Assembly: GCA_017991415.1 (NCBI GenBank)
Contig: JAGOQR010000001.1
Location: forward strand, 405,992-469,991
Source of the DNA: Candidatus Magasanikiibacteriota bacterium
Lineage (GTDB): Bacteria > Patescibacteriota > Patescibacteriia > Magasanikbacterales > GWA2-37-8
Length of the DNA stretch: 64,000 nt
Reading direction: 5' to 3'
This document shows, in pieces, positions 31,402 to 41,248 of the stretch. The translations under genes were made by a program, and so were the position numbers. The stretch's first letter is position 1. Every line of letters begins with the position of its first letter. The notes under the pieces were generated by a model. It was given only the letters and a program-made list of their open reading frames with translations, made no database searches and had not been told where the DNA came from.

Positions 31402-33615
31402 TTATCTACTTCTACCGCCACCATGGCCACCGCGATTTCCACCTGGACCATTACTACGAGGTGGTCTTTCAAAACGAGGCTGCTCAACATATCCTTCTGG
31501 TTTAGGCGATAGCTGCTTGATACTTAAATTGATTCTTCCCATACTATCTATTTCTTTCACTACTACTTTTACCACATCACCAATATGCAACACATCACTT
31601 GGGCTGTTAGTTCTTGTCCAGGCAATTTCACTTACATGCACCAAACCATCTTGACCTGGCAGCACCTGTACAAAAGCACCAAAATCTTCTAAGCGCACCA
31701 CCGTACCATCGTATACTTCACCAGCAGTAACTTCGTGAGTAAGTTCTTTTACCCACTTAACTGCTTTTTCCATACCAACGGAATCGGAGGAAGTAACAAA
31801 GACACGACCGTCATCTTCGATATCAATGGATACACCAGTTTCGGCAATAATTTTATTAATCATTTTTCCACCTGGACCAATAACATCACGAATTTTATCT
31901 GGATTAATGTTAATTGTCACAATACGAGGAGCGTATTTGGACATTTCAGCACGAGGAGCAGCAATAATATTACTCATAAAGCCTAAAATTTTCATTCGAG
32001 CTTCTTTGGATTGAGTAAAAGTTTGCTCAACAATATCCCAACTTAGACCTTCTGTTTTGGTATCCATTTGCATAGCAGTTACACCATCAACTGTACCAGC
32101 AATTTTGAAATCCATACCACCTGGACCATCTTCTACATCCTGCAAATCAGTAATAACTTTCCAATTACCACTCTTATCACTGGCTAGACCCATCGCAATA
32201 CCTGCTACTGGTTTTTTGATTGGCACACCCGCATCCATAAGAGCAAGAGTAGAACCACAAACCGAAGCCATTGAACTAGAGCCGTTTGATCCTAATACTT
32301 CAGAAACAACGCGCATAGCGTATGGGAATTCAGTCTCTGGAGGCAGCATTGGTTCGAGCGCGCGTTCGGCAAGTGCGCCATGACCAATCGCACGATTACC
32401 TGGTCCGCGAAGCGGGCCAGTTTCGCCATAGGTAGCTGGAGTATCACTATAATGATGCATGTAACGCTTTGTACCATCTTCTTCCATAGTATCTACAGTC
32501 TGCACATCACCAGGAGCTCCTAATGTAACAACGGACAACACCTGAGTATCGCCGCGCATAAACATACCTGTACCATGAGTACGAGGAAGCAATCCAACCT
32601 CAGCACTAAGGGCACGAACATCGGTGATAGCACGACCATCTAAACGCTGATTCTTTTTTAGAATTTGCTCGGTAATATATTTTTCAACATAAATCTTTAC
32701 TCTACCTAACACAATTTTCATTGTTGTTTCATCTGTTTCTTTTGCTACAAGCATTTCTTTGATAGCGTCGCTAAATTTATTAATCAAGGTAACGCGCTCT
32801 CTTCTATCTATTTTTGGAACGTCAAAAATCCAATCTTCTACATGACTAGCTACAAGCTCGTCTGCTTCTTTTTCGGCTTTTTGTAATGCAGCTTGTTTTT
32901 CACTATCAGCTTCTGCTGCAACATTTTTTGTCTGGCCAGCTTCGGCTTGAATTTTTTTAATAAAATCAATAAGTGGAGCCATTTCTTTGGCACCAAATTT
33001 CATAGCTTCAACAACATCTTTTTCTGCAGTTTCTTTACAACCTGCTTCTACCATAATTACTTTCTCAGGAGTACCTGCAACCACTATATCCACACTACTT
33101 AATGCTCTTTCGGCGATAGTTGGATTTATTTTCCATTGTCCATCAACAGACCCAATTCGCACGCCCCCAATAGGACCTTTCCAAGGAATTGAAGAGAGGG
33201 ATAATGCAATAGACGCAGCTACCATAGCCGGGATCTGAGAATCAACTTCTCCGTCAAAAGAAAGAGCTGTTAAAATTACTTGCACATCATTGCGCATATT
33301 CTCATCAAAGAGAGGACGAATAGCTCGATCAACTAATCGGCCAGACAAAATAGCATCATCACTTGGACGACCTTCTCGTTTGATAAAACGGCTGCCTTTT
33401 ATTTTTCCTGCGGCATACAACTTTTCCTCAAAATTTACCATTAATGGAAAAAAGTCGATACCATCACGAGTATTTTTACTCATGGTAGCGGTAGCTAAAA
33501 ATACAGTTTCGCCGTAGCTAACCATACAAGAAGCATTGGCTTGAAGCGCCAATTTACCTGTTTCCACAGAGAGGGTTCTTCCGCCCCACTGCATGGACCA
33601 ATTTTTTACTGCCAT
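31402..33615 (-). CDS. pnp: polyribonucleotide nucleotidyltransferase (PNPase) with C-terminal KH/S1 and an RGG tail
   Basis: 737 aa, two RNase PH domains, KH and S1; GGNRGGHGGGRSR tail. Confidence 0.95.
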   Translation of the reverse strand: MAVKNWSMQWGGRTLSVETGKLALQANASCMVSYGETVFLATATMSKNTRDGIDFFPLMVNFEEKLYAAGKIKGSRFIKREGRPSDDAILSGRLVDRAIRPLFDENMRNDVQVILTALSFDGEVDSQIPAMVAASIALSLSSIPWKGPIGGVRIGSVDGQWKINPTIAERALSSVDIVVAGTPEKVIMVEAGCKETAEKDVVEAMKFGAKEMAPLIDFIKKIQAEAGQTKNVAAEADSEKQAALQKAEKEADELVASHVEDWIFDVPKIDRRERVTLINKFSDAIKEMLVAKETDETTMKIVLGRVKIYVEKYITEQILKKNQRLDGRAITDVRALSAEVGLLPRTHGTGMFMRGDTQVLSVVTLGAPGDVQTVDTMEEDGTKRYMHHYSDTPATYGETGPLRGPGNRAIGHGALAERALEPMLPPETEFPYAMRVVSEVLGSNGSSSMASVCGSTLALMDAGVPIKKPVAGIAMGLASDKSGNWKVITDLQDVEDGPGGMDFKIAGTVDGVTAMQMDTKTEGLSWDIVEQTFTQSKEARMKILGFMSNIIAAPRAEMSKYAPRIVTININPDKIRDVIGPGGKMINKIIAETGVSIDIEDDGRVFVTSSDSVGMEKAVKWVKELTHEVTAGEVYDGTVVRLEDFGAFVQVLPGQDGLVHVSEIAWTRTNSPSDVLHIGDVVKVVVKEIDSMGRINLSIKQLSPKPEGYVEQPRFERPPRSNGPGGNRGGHGGGRSR

Positions 33616-33721
33616 ATATTTTTCCCAAAGGAGTATCCTTTGGACTTTCCGAAGATGATTTGAGAGCTACAGACCAAAAAGGTCTATGTGTCCTCAAACC
33701 AGCTTCAATAGTTTAATTAAA

Positions 33722-34333
33722 CTAACTTTGATTTTTATTTTTTACTTGCTGACTTACTGCACTTGGTTTTGGTGGATAGATTTTTTTAGCTGGGACAAAT
33801 CTTTTGTCTGCGATTAAAAATTTTGCCTTATCCTGACTTAAATCAATAAAATCATCGGCTTCTTCTATTAATTTACCAGAAGCAGTCCCACCAAACGACA
33901 TTACTTCTACCTGCTTTCCTTGACCTCTTAAATAGTCTACCAGTGGCACATAGTCACCATCTCCACTTACAAGAACCACTGCATCAAGGCTTGGAGAAAA
34001 TCTAATCGCATCTACTGCCAATCCAACGTCCCAATCGGCTTTTTTTTCACCGCCCAAAAAAATCTGAAGTGGTTTGTCTTTGGTTTCTATGCCTAAATTG
34101 TAGAGAGCATCAAAAAATGGCTGTTCTTCTTTGCTTTCGGTGCTTACGACATAAGCAATGGCACGAATAAGTTTGCGGCCAGCAGTAGCCTCTTTGACAA
34201 TATTACCAAAATTAACTTTAGCGCCAAATAAATTTTTAGCACTGTAGTACATATTTTGCACATCAATAAACACCCCTACTCTCTGGTCGGGGTGTTTAAG
34301 AGTGTTTCTTTTTTTGTTAGGAAGCGGATTCAT
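33722..34333 (-). CDS. NYN-domain (LabA/DUF88-like) putative RNase
   Basis: [10 protein letters not shown]-terminal Asp box and [13 protein letters not shown] motif; ATG at 34333 (the track start is TTG). Confidence 0.7.
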   Translation of the reverse strand: MNPLPNKKRNTLKHPDQRVGVFIDVQNMYYSAKNLFGAKVNFGNIVKEATAGRKLIRAIAYVVSTESKEEQPFFDALYNLGIETKDKPLQIFLGGEKKADWDVGLAVDAIRFSPSLDAVVLVSGDGDYVPLVDYLRGQGKQVEVMSFGGTASGKLIEEADDFIDLSQDKAKFLIADKRFVPAKKIYPPKPSAVSQQVKNKNQS

Positions 34334-34682
34334 GGCTCTGTCCAATTATATCCACATCATCGCCTAGGTCTTCTTCTACCTCCACAGAAGCTCCGTCAGC
34401 TTTGGTAATGGCTCTAACTGGCTTTATTTTTAATTTTTTTATTAGCTCTTCGTAGCTTGCTGGATTTTCTTTCTTTAAATAACGCATCAAATTGCGACGG
34501 CTGCTTACCTTGCGGAGCAAACCACGGCGGGAAGAATGGTCTTTAGCATGAGTTTTTAAATGGCTTGCCAATTCTTCTATTTCGGCGGCCAAAATAGCAA
34601 TTTGAACCTCATTTGATCCAGTATCACCTTCGTGCAACTGAAACTTCTTGATTAACTGCTGTTTTTTCTTTTTATCTAACAT
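34317..34682 (-). CDS. rpsO: 30S ribosomal protein S15 with an acidic ~30-aa C-terminal extension
   Basis: S15 core ...[53 protein letters not shown]; 121 aa against the typical ~89. Confidence 0.85.
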   Translation of the reverse strand: MLDKKKKQQLIKKFQLHEGDTGSNEVQIAILAAEIEELASHLKTHAKDHSSRRGLLRKVSSRRNLMRYLKKENPASYEELIKKLKIKPVRAITKADGASVEVEEDLGDDVDIIGQSHESAS

Positions 34683-34833
34683 ACGAATTTATGTAGTTAA
34701 CGAGCTGACGTGAGAGTATGTTTCTCGGCAGTCCGCCCCCAAGATTTGGGGATTTAAATTACCTCATAAGGGTATCCTAAAATAGGATAATTGTCAATAG
34801 CAGACTAGAAAATATAAGCTCAAAAAATAATTT

Positions 34834-35181
34834 TTATTTTGTAATCCTACTAAAAATAAAAGTGGCTATGCCATAAGCTGCAACCACCAAAATAAGGCCA
34901 ATTATAGCTGCAAACATTGCGTCCTTAGCTTTGGTAGCAAATTCCTCATTGCCACGAGCAGTCATCCAACGTAGACCTGCGTAAAACATAATGGCTAGAA
35001 ATATTATCCCTACAAAGGATAATATAATACTAATAAGACTGCCTATATAGGAGTAAATATCGGATTCACCATACTGAGCCTGACGGGCAGTTTCTTTTAG
35101 GCCAAATTGAGCTAAAACTGGAGCAGTCAGAATGAAACTAGATGCCACTAATGCTAGACAAAAAACAATCTTTTTTAACAT
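34834..35181 (-). CDS. VirB2/TrbC-like two-TM pilin-family small secreted membrane protein (outlier paralog)
   Basis: Signal peptide, then TM1-FYAGLRWMTARGNEE-loop-TM2 (IIGLILVVAAYGIATFIF): same architecture as the tandem array at 36.7-41.2 kb. Confidence 0.5.
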   Translation of the reverse strand: MLKKIVFCLALVASSFILTAPVLAQFGLKETARQAQYGESDIYSYIGSLISIILSFVGIIFLAIMFYAGLRWMTARGNEEFATKAKDAMFAAIIGLILVVAAYGIATFIFSRITK

Positions 35182-35386
35182 AGAAATAAAGCAAATTACA
35201 CTGAGGTATCGTGTCTAAACGTGCTCTAACTATACCACATCTTGATTTATCTGTAAAAATAAGATAGAATAGTTTTGCTTTTTACTGCCTTTTTTAATTT
35301 GGTGAAAAAAATAAGTATTTTCTACCAAACATACGGGTATAGGAAAAAAGAGAACTCTACATATAGCCAGCTCTATTAAATAAAAA

Positions 35387-35458
35387 GTTCCCATCGTTTA
35401 ATGGATAGGACACTAGCCTTCTAAGCTGGATGTGTAGGTTCGATTCCTACTGGGAACA
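35387..35458 (+). tRNA. tRNA-Arg (anticodon UCU)
   Basis: Acceptor GTTCCCA/TGGGAAC, D-loop AATGGATAG, anticodon stem CTAGC/GCTGG with loop CUUCUAA, T-loop TTCGATT. Confidence 0.8.
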
Positions 35459-35471
35459 CAGGGGCAACTAT

Positions 35472-35544
35472 GGTGGCCTTGGTATAACGGTTATTACGTG
35501 AGATTGTGGATCTCGCAACACGGGTTCAACTCCCGTAGGCCACC
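35472..35544 (+). tRNA. tRNA-His (anticodon GUG) with genomically encoded G-1
   Basis: G-1 at 35472 pairs with discriminator C; acceptor GTGGCCT/AGGCCAC; anticodon loop UUGUGGA; T-loop TTCAACT. Confidence 0.8.
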
Positions 35545-35601
35545 CAAATAAATTTTTAGTAAAAACCCGATTTCGAGACAAATCCTTAGAATAGCAAGAA
35601 T

Positions 35602-36672
35602 ATGCCACAAGCAAAAAAACTTCTTATTCTATCTTGCTCTACGGGTATGGGGCACTGGCGAGCAGGCGAAGCCTTGCGTCTTCATTGTGCCAATTTGTAC
35701 CCTGAGGTACAGGTTTCTCATATAGATATTGCAAAATACTTTAATATTTTTGCCTACCTCTATATCGTTTTTGGTTATAATTTTTTTTCAAAAATATTTC
35801 CTCTTGCCTACAAAATACTGTACTACCAGACAGATAATGCCTTTACAAAAAAATTCTTTGGACTAGTTGGACCAGCTCTTGCCCTAAGCTCTCGAAGACT
35901 TTTTGCATATATAAAAGAATACCAGCCGGACGTCATAATCTCTACTCATTTTTTACCGCATATTATTTTTCCTCGAGCTTTTTCTATCCCCCATTATACG
36001 GTTATAACCGACTACCATGCCCATGCAGTTTGGCAATCTCCTAAAACAAGCGGAACTTTTGTGGCCACAGAAGAAATAAAGAAGCATCTTCATAAAAATA
36101 ATATTGAGTCTATTGTAAGCGGCATCCCTATTGCCCCTGAATTTTTTGCAAAAAAAGATGTTGTTATAATAAAAAATAAGTTGGGAATTACAAATAATTG
36201 GCCAACAATTTTAATAATGCCTCTTTTTACTCGGTACAAAAAAATAGAAGATATTATAGCTCAAATACGATTGTTAAAAAAAGAAATAAATATTTTTGTA
36301 TTACCTGGTAAAAATACCAGCTTACTTAAACATATAGGCAAACTAGAAAAATATAATGTGCTCACCCCTACAGCCCATACCCCTATAGACGAACTGATGC
36401 GCTGTGCTGATATAATAATAAGCAAAGCTGGTGGACTAACTATCTCTGAAGTTATTTGCTTGCAAAAACCTTTAATCATAGCAGACTCTGTTCCTGGCCA
36501 AGAAGAGGATAATACAGTCTACCTTGAAAAAAATGGCTATGCACTTCACGCCACATCCGCTATAGACGTAACAAAAAAAATACAGATGATTCTTAACAAC
36601 CCCTCTTGTATACAAAAAAAATCTTACCCTGAATCTGGTAAGATAATTTTGGATAGTATATTCAAAAATTGA
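35602..36672 (+). CDS. MGDG-synthase/UgtP-like diacylglycerol glycosyltransferase (GT28 family)
   Basis: N-terminal LILSCSTGMGHWRAGEAL (G-G-G-H motif of the MGDG_synth N-domain), 356 aa. Confidence 0.6.
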   Translation: MPQAKKLLILSCSTGMGHWRAGEALRLHCANLYPEVQVSHIDIAKYFNIFAYLYIVFGYNFFSKIFPLAYKILYYQTDNAFTKKFFGLVGPALALSSRRLFAYIKEYQPDVIISTHFLPHIIFPRAFSIPHYTVITDYHAHAVWQSPKTSGTFVATEEIKKHLHKNNIESIVSGIPIAPEFFAKKDVVIIKNKLGITNNWPTILIMPLFTRYKKIEDIIAQIRLLKKEINIFVLPGKNTSLLKHIGKLEKYNVLTPTAHTPIDELMRCADIIISKAGGLTISEVICLQKPLIIADSVPGQEEDNTVYLEKNGYALHATSAIDVTKKIQMILNNPSCIQKKSYPESGKIILDSIFKN

Positions 36673-36677
36673 ACTAA

Positions 36678-37133
36678 CTACTGAAGACAACGCTCGACAT
36701 CTAAAGGATTTTGAATACAATATTCGCCTTCTGAACTACTCGTATCCTGCAGCACCACTTTCGAAACAAAATACGTTATTGAATATGCAGACAAAATAAC
36801 TGCTAAGCCTATTGCGCCATCATACAGCAATTTTTTTGCTTTACTTATTTGTTCATCATTCCCCGCTGCAGTCATCCATAAAAAACCAGCATATACGGTG
36901 AGCACTAAAAATATTGTTCCGACCACTCCCAAAATAGTTCGGATTATTTTTGCTGCAATCGTCCGAGGATCAGTAGCATCTCCCAAATTTGCCCCGCTTG
37001 CGCCCGCAGCCGCCCCCAACTGGCCAAATGCATCTTGGCGAAGAGAAGAGGTCGCTGCCCCAACTGTATCTACAAAAACAGCAGAGAGAAAAGCTGCCGC
37101 TACGAAATATAAAACTAGAATAATCTTACTCAT
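36678..37133 (-). CDS. VirB2/TrbC-like pilin paralog 1 (151 aa)
   Basis: Signal peptide; TM1 ...VYAGFLWMTAAGNDEQISKAK...; TM2 IGLAVILSAYSITYFV; short Cys-containing C-terminus. Confidence 0.55.
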   Translation of the reverse strand: MSKIILVLYFVAAAFLSAVFVDTVGAATSSLRQDAFGQLGAAAGASGANLGDATDPRTIAAKIIRTILGVVGTIFLVLTVYAGFLWMTAAGNDEQISKAKKLLYDGAIGLAVILSAYSITYFVSKVVLQDTSSSEGEYCIQNPLDVERCLQ

Positions 37134-37135
37134 AT

Positions 37136-37504
37136 TTAGGTCGTGACTTTAAAGATACTATCTAAGACAAAATACGTAATACTATAAGAAGCCAAAATAA
37201 TAACCAACCCAATTACAGCGGTCTTTAAGATTCCAAGAGCCTTCTCTACTTGCTCACTATTCCCTGCGGCAGTCATCCATAAAAAACCAGCATATACAGT
37301 AAGGCATAGAAAAACTGTACCCAAAAGACCGAGCACTATTCTTATAATTTTCCCCACAGTTTCTGATAAGGTAGAACTATCAACTTGACCATACCCACTT
37401 TTAGCAGCTATATCTTGAGAGAGGTCCGTTTGAGCTAAAGCAACTTTTGCTGGAACGAACAACAGATTAAGTCCTAGCAAAAAAATTAAAAAGTGTTTTT
37501 TCAT
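37136..37504 (-). CDS. VirB2/TrbC-like pilin paralog 2
   Basis: ATG at 37504 (MKKHFLIF signal peptide); VYAGFLWMTAAGNSEQVEKA; IGLVIILASYSITYFV. Confidence 0.55.
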   Translation of the reverse strand: MKKHFLIFLLGLNLLFVPAKVALAQTDLSQDIAAKSGYGQVDSSTLSETVGKIIRIVLGLLGTVFLCLTVYAGFLWMTAAGNSEQVEKALGILKTAVIGLVIILASYSITYFVLDSIFKVTT

Positions 37505-37512
37505 AAAAATAA

Positions 37513-38031
37513 TTAAGGACAATTTGAGGAACAAGATCCTGCCTCCCATAATGTATCCCCTGATAAATTACAATCAGCCTGCACCGTATTTGCCGCACAA
37601 ACACTAAAATCTGATTTAAAACAACAGCCAACTTGGGTAGAATTTTGATTAGGAGATCCTGTAGCTGTAGTCAGCTTGCTAGTAACAAAGTATGTAATCG
37701 CATAAGCAGACATTACGATTACGAGCCCTATTACTGTTGACTTAATCATGTTTAAGGCTTTATCTACCTGTTCACTATTTCCTCCTGCTGTCATCCATAA
37801 AATACCTGCGTAAATTGTCAGAACTAAAAATACCGTACCAACCAACGCCAAAATTGTTTTTATAACTGTAGCGATACTACTTGAAAGATCAGAAGAAACA
37901 CCGATTCTTTCTCCATTTTCTCCACCTATACCTTTTAATATTTTCCCAGCATCTTTTAAACCTTGAGCTGAAGCGGTCACCGCAAACACCATGGAACAAA
38001 CGGTTAGGGCAACTAAAAATATTTTTTTCAT
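37513..38031 (-). CDS. VirB2/TrbC-like pilin paralog 3 with a Cys-rich C-terminal tail
   Basis: ATG at 38031; IYAGILWMTAGGNSEQVDKA; tail ...STQVGCCFKSDFSVCAANTVQADCNLSGDTLWEAGSCSSNCP. Confidence 0.55.
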   Translation of the reverse strand: MKKIFLVALTVCSMVFAVTASAQGLKDAGKILKGIGGENGERIGVSSDLSSSIATVIKTILALVGTVFLVLTIYAGILWMTAGGNSEQVDKALNMIKSTVIGLVIVMSAYAITYFVTSKLTTATGSPNQNSTQVGCCFKSDFSVCAANTVQADCNLSGDTLWEAGSCSSNCP

Positions 38032-38077
38032 ATACAAAGGAGTAAGAGAGAAATTAAACTTTTTAATTCAAATAATA

Positions 38078-38698
38078 TTACGGACATGATCCAGCCACCC
38101 AGGTTCTTGTGGGGCCAGAACAAGCCTCTTCAAAGGTTGCTACGCTATTTCCAGTTGCAGAATTAGAGCAGCAGCCAAGCCCAGTTGTCGGACACGATCC
38201 AACCACCCATGTTCTTGTCTGACCAGAACAGTTTGCTTGAAGCGTTTGCACGCGATTTCCCGTCTCATAATTAGAACAGCAACCCATGTTTTCTGAAGAA
38301 TTACTACTTTGCGAACTGCTGATACTTGCTAGTCTACTAAAAACAAAAGTTGATATTGCATAGGCTGCCAAAACTATCACCAGCCCAATAGCCGCATGCT
38401 CTACTATACTTTTGGCTGAATCTACTCGCTCACTATTACCGAACGCGATCATCCACAAAAGGCCTGCGTACAAGATTAATATGAAAAATATTACCCCTAC
38501 AAAAGACAATACTATTGCAATTACCTTACCTATTAGCTCTGGCAATGCTGTACTTGAATCTACCGTAGAAGCACTACCAATTAATTGAGTACCACCTGCA
38601 GCATCTTGTAGACCAAAATTATCTGCAAACACAAAAGCAGGTGTTATCACGGTTAGAATTGCTATAAGGGACAAAATTACTTTTTTAAAAACTGTCAT
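38078..38698 (-). CDS. VirB2/TrbC-like pilin paralog 4 with a tandemly duplicated Cys-rich C-terminal module
   Basis: LYAGLLWMIAFGNSERVDSAK; C-terminus has two ~33-aa repeats GCCSN..TGN.V.T....CSG.TRTWV.GSCP (DNA repeat ~38100-38300). Confidence 0.55.
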   Translation of the reverse strand: MTVFKKVILSLIAILTVITPAFVFADNFGLQDAAGGTQLIGSASTVDSSTALPELIGKVIAIVLSFVGVIFFILILYAGLLWMIAFGNSERVDSAKSIVEHAAIGLVIVLAAYAISTFVFSRLASISSSQSSNSSENMGCCSNYETGNRVQTLQANCSGQTRTWVVGSCPTTGLGCCSNSATGNSVATFEEACSGPTRTWVAGSCP

Positions 38699-38894
38699 AA
38701 TTTTATATGATGCAAATTAATTTTGCCGTTCTAAATTAAATATAAAATCTTTTTTCTATTTAGATTCTGTATTTAATTTAAAAAAACAAACTATACCCTT
38801 TAGGTTACAGAGCAGGCGCGCTTGACTCTCATGAGATAAAGTAGGCCAAGCGCGCCAGGTACGAATATAATTCGGACAATTCTCTGCAAAATAA

Positions 38895-39275
38895 TTACGG
38901 TCCGGTTGTAGCTGAAACTAGACTGTTGATAACGTAGGTAGCTAAAGCGTAAGCGGATAAAATAATAGCTAAACCAATAATACCAGAGAAAATCCATTGT
39001 TTTGCTTCTCCAGTTTGTTCGTCATTTCCTCCTGCTGTCATCCATTTAAAACCACCGATAAGGATAATTACTACGGCAACGATACCAAGTAATCCCATGG
39101 CTGTTCTAATAATTCTAGCTATAGTTGTGCGAACATCTTGTCTTCCGAGACCAGTAGCATCACCATATTGGATACCAAGATCTTGAGAAGTTACCTGTTG
39201 AGCACCTGCCATTGCAGGAACTAGCAACACAGAAAGAACTCCCACTGTTGCTAAGATTTTTTTCAATTTCATCAT
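38895..39275 (-). CDS. VirB2/TrbC-like pilin paralog 5
   Basis: MMKLKK signal peptide; ILIGGFKWMTAGGNDEQTGEAK; IGLAIILSAYALATYV. Confidence 0.55.
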   Translation of the reverse strand: MMKLKKILATVGVLSVLLVPAMAGAQQVTSQDLGIQYGDATGLGRQDVRTTIARIIRTAMGLLGIVAVVIILIGGFKWMTAGGNDEQTGEAKQWIFSGIIGLAIILSAYALATYVINSLVSATTGP

Positions 39276-39382
39276 ATTGTCACCCCCTTTCTATAAAGAA
39301 AATAGATCATAATACGCGTACATAACTTACTTAGTATATCACACTGTTGTGCCAAATCCCAACAATTTATTCCCAGTTGCCC

Positions 39383-39829
39383 TTAGGTTAAAAAACCTAA
39401 GAAAGTAGACAAAAGCACATAGCTGGCAAGCACTAAAACAACCCCGATTACTGCCCAAACCATTGTCTGAGTACCTGCTTCTACCTTTTCTGGATTCCCC
39501 GCTGAAGTTAGCCATTGGAAACCACCCCATACAAACATAACGAGGGTGAGCGCTCCAATTACCCCTAACGCAGCTCGAATTATTGTATTAATAAGATCAG
39601 AAACTTCGGTAGTTCCTGTCTGGCCTACTCCAATTGGATTTTCCAAATAACAAATTTCTTGACCCTGACTATTTGGCCTACAATTTGATCGGGACTCGTC
39701 TGAGGCAGATTGTCCAGTTACGCTATCTGTAAAAACATCAAATATGCCCGCATGAGCATATAGAGGTGTACTAAATAACCCCCACATAAACACCAAGCTT
39801 GTAATGCTAATTGTAAATACCTTTTTCAT
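39383..39829 (-). CDS. VirB2/TrbC-like pilin paralog 6
   Basis: FVWGGFQWLTSAGNPEKVEAG; VIGVVLVLASYVLLSTFL; Cys pairs in the N-terminal ectodomain. Confidence 0.5.
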   Translation of the reverse strand: MKKVFTISITSLVFMWGLFSTPLYAHAGIFDVFTDSVTGQSASDESRSNCRPNSQGQEICYLENPIGVGQTGTTEVSDLINTIIRAALGVIGALTLVMFVWGGFQWLTSAGNPEKVEAGTQTMVWAVIGVVLVLASYVLLSTFLGFLT

Positions 39830-39830
39830 C

Positions 39831-40790
39831 TTAAGTTGGGATAGAGTTAAATAAAAAGCTTACTAAGATATAGCTAAACAACATAACGGCTACACCCAAT
39901 GTGGTCCATACTAAAATCTTTTTAGCCTTATCTACTTGCTCGCTTGCACCACGTGCTGTCATCCACAACAAACCAGCAACGACATATAACACTAGAGTAA
40001 TCGAACCAATAAAAGCCATTAAACCGTTAATAGCTTTTTTAATAAACTGAGTAGGAGTATTAATTCCTGCTGGATTTAGATTTTCTGAAGCCATAAGTAG
40101 CAATTCGTTGGCAGAACGACCACGATTAATAGTTTCATCTTGCTCCGAAGAGGCGCATGGACCACGGAAAATGTCTACCTTGCTCGCTTCATTCAAATTT
40201 TTAGCACATAAATTTCTGGCCTGAGCAATCGCATCTGCTTCATTTCCACTCTGGAATTCTCGACAGTCCCCCGCATTATACTTATGTGACGGATCAGTTC
40301 CTGGATCACTAATCACCACACAACGATACGTGGAGCAAGCACCCGCGGCAGAACAATCCCCAGTATATGTAGGGCACAAGCTACGCAACAACTCCCCTTC
40401 ACAACCTGAATCATTGTAGTCATCAACAAAAATATTTTTGCACTGTGTGGCCTGCTTACATCCATATCTTTTTAAATTGGTGCAGGATTTATTAAACAAA
40501 TTGCCATCACACAAAAAAACAGCTTGAAAATATCCAGCGACACTCACATCTTTGCATTCATCATTTTTAACACAACCATATAATTCACAAGGGTCATGGC
40601 TAAAGTCTCCACTTCTTGCAGCACACTGTGCTTGCGCAGAGATTACATAATCTGTTTCGATATTTTCACAACCAGTGTCAAACGAGCAACCATACTTTGA
40701 TGCCACTACATTTTGGTTTGGAAACAAAAATAAACCAAAAACAAACATGATAATAATCGGTTTAATATTTTTCTTTTTTAGAAAAAACAT
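39831..40790 (-). CDS. VirB2/TrbC-like pilin paralog 7 fused to a ~230-aa Cys-rich N-terminal ectodomain (319 aa)
   Basis: Signal peptide, an ectodomain with >25 Cys (CxxC/CK/CD repeats), then VVAGLLWMTARGASEQVDKAKK and LGVAVMLFSYILVSFLF. Confidence 0.55.
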   Translation of the reverse strand: MFFLKKKNIKPIIIMFVFGLFLFPNQNVVASKYGCSFDTGCENIETDYVISAQAQCAARSGDFSHDPCELYGCVKNDECKDVSVAGYFQAVFLCDGNLFNKSCTNLKRYGCKQATQCKNIFVDDYNDSGCEGELLRSLCPTYTGDCSAAGACSTYRCVVISDPGTDPSHKYNAGDCREFQSGNEADAIAQARNLCAKNLNEASKVDIFRGPCASSEQDETINRGRSANELLLMASENLNPAGINTPTQFIKKAINGLMAFIGSITLVLYVVAGLLWMTARGASEQVDKAKKILVWTTLGVAVMLFSYILVSFLFNSIPT

Positions 40791-40795
40791 ACTAT

Positions 40796-41221
40796 TTAAT
40801 TTGCCTTAAGCTCATAAACACTCTTGAGCCCTACGGTAGTCCCTAAGAATCTCACTAACATATAGGCTCCAAAAACAACAATAAGACCAATAATGGCCGC
40901 CGAAATAATTTCTATACCTTTTTTTGTTTGTTCAGAATTACCACGAGATAAAATCATGGTAAACCCTCCATAAATAAAGAAAAGTAGCGCCAAAGCTCCA
41001 ACAATACCAAATAGATAATTAACAACATTAAAAAGTAAGATAATATAGATACTTACACTACGGCACTCTCCTTCGTCTGCAGGATCACCAGTAGGAGGGT
41101 TCAGAACACAATCAGGAATAAATTTACTGGTAGCAGTACTTTGAGCGAGCGCCTGCCCAACATTAACAAAGGCCGAAATGGATAGCAGAAAAATAAATAA
41201 TAATTTTGTTACTCTAGACAT
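40796..41221 (-). CDS. VirB2/TrbC-like pilin paralog 8
   Basis: ATG at 41221 (MSRVTKLLFIF); IYGGFTMILSRGNSEQTKKG; IIGLIVVFGAYMLVRFL. Confidence 0.5.
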   Translation of the reverse strand: MSRVTKLLFIFLLSISAFVNVGQALAQSTATSKFIPDCVLNPPTGDPADEGECRSVSIYIILLFNVVNYLFGIVGALALLFFIYGGFTMILSRGNSEQTKKGIEIISAAIIGLIVVFGAYMLVRFLGTTVGLKSVYELKAN

Positions 41222-41248
41222 AGTTATATCTTTAGGCCGCACAAAAAA

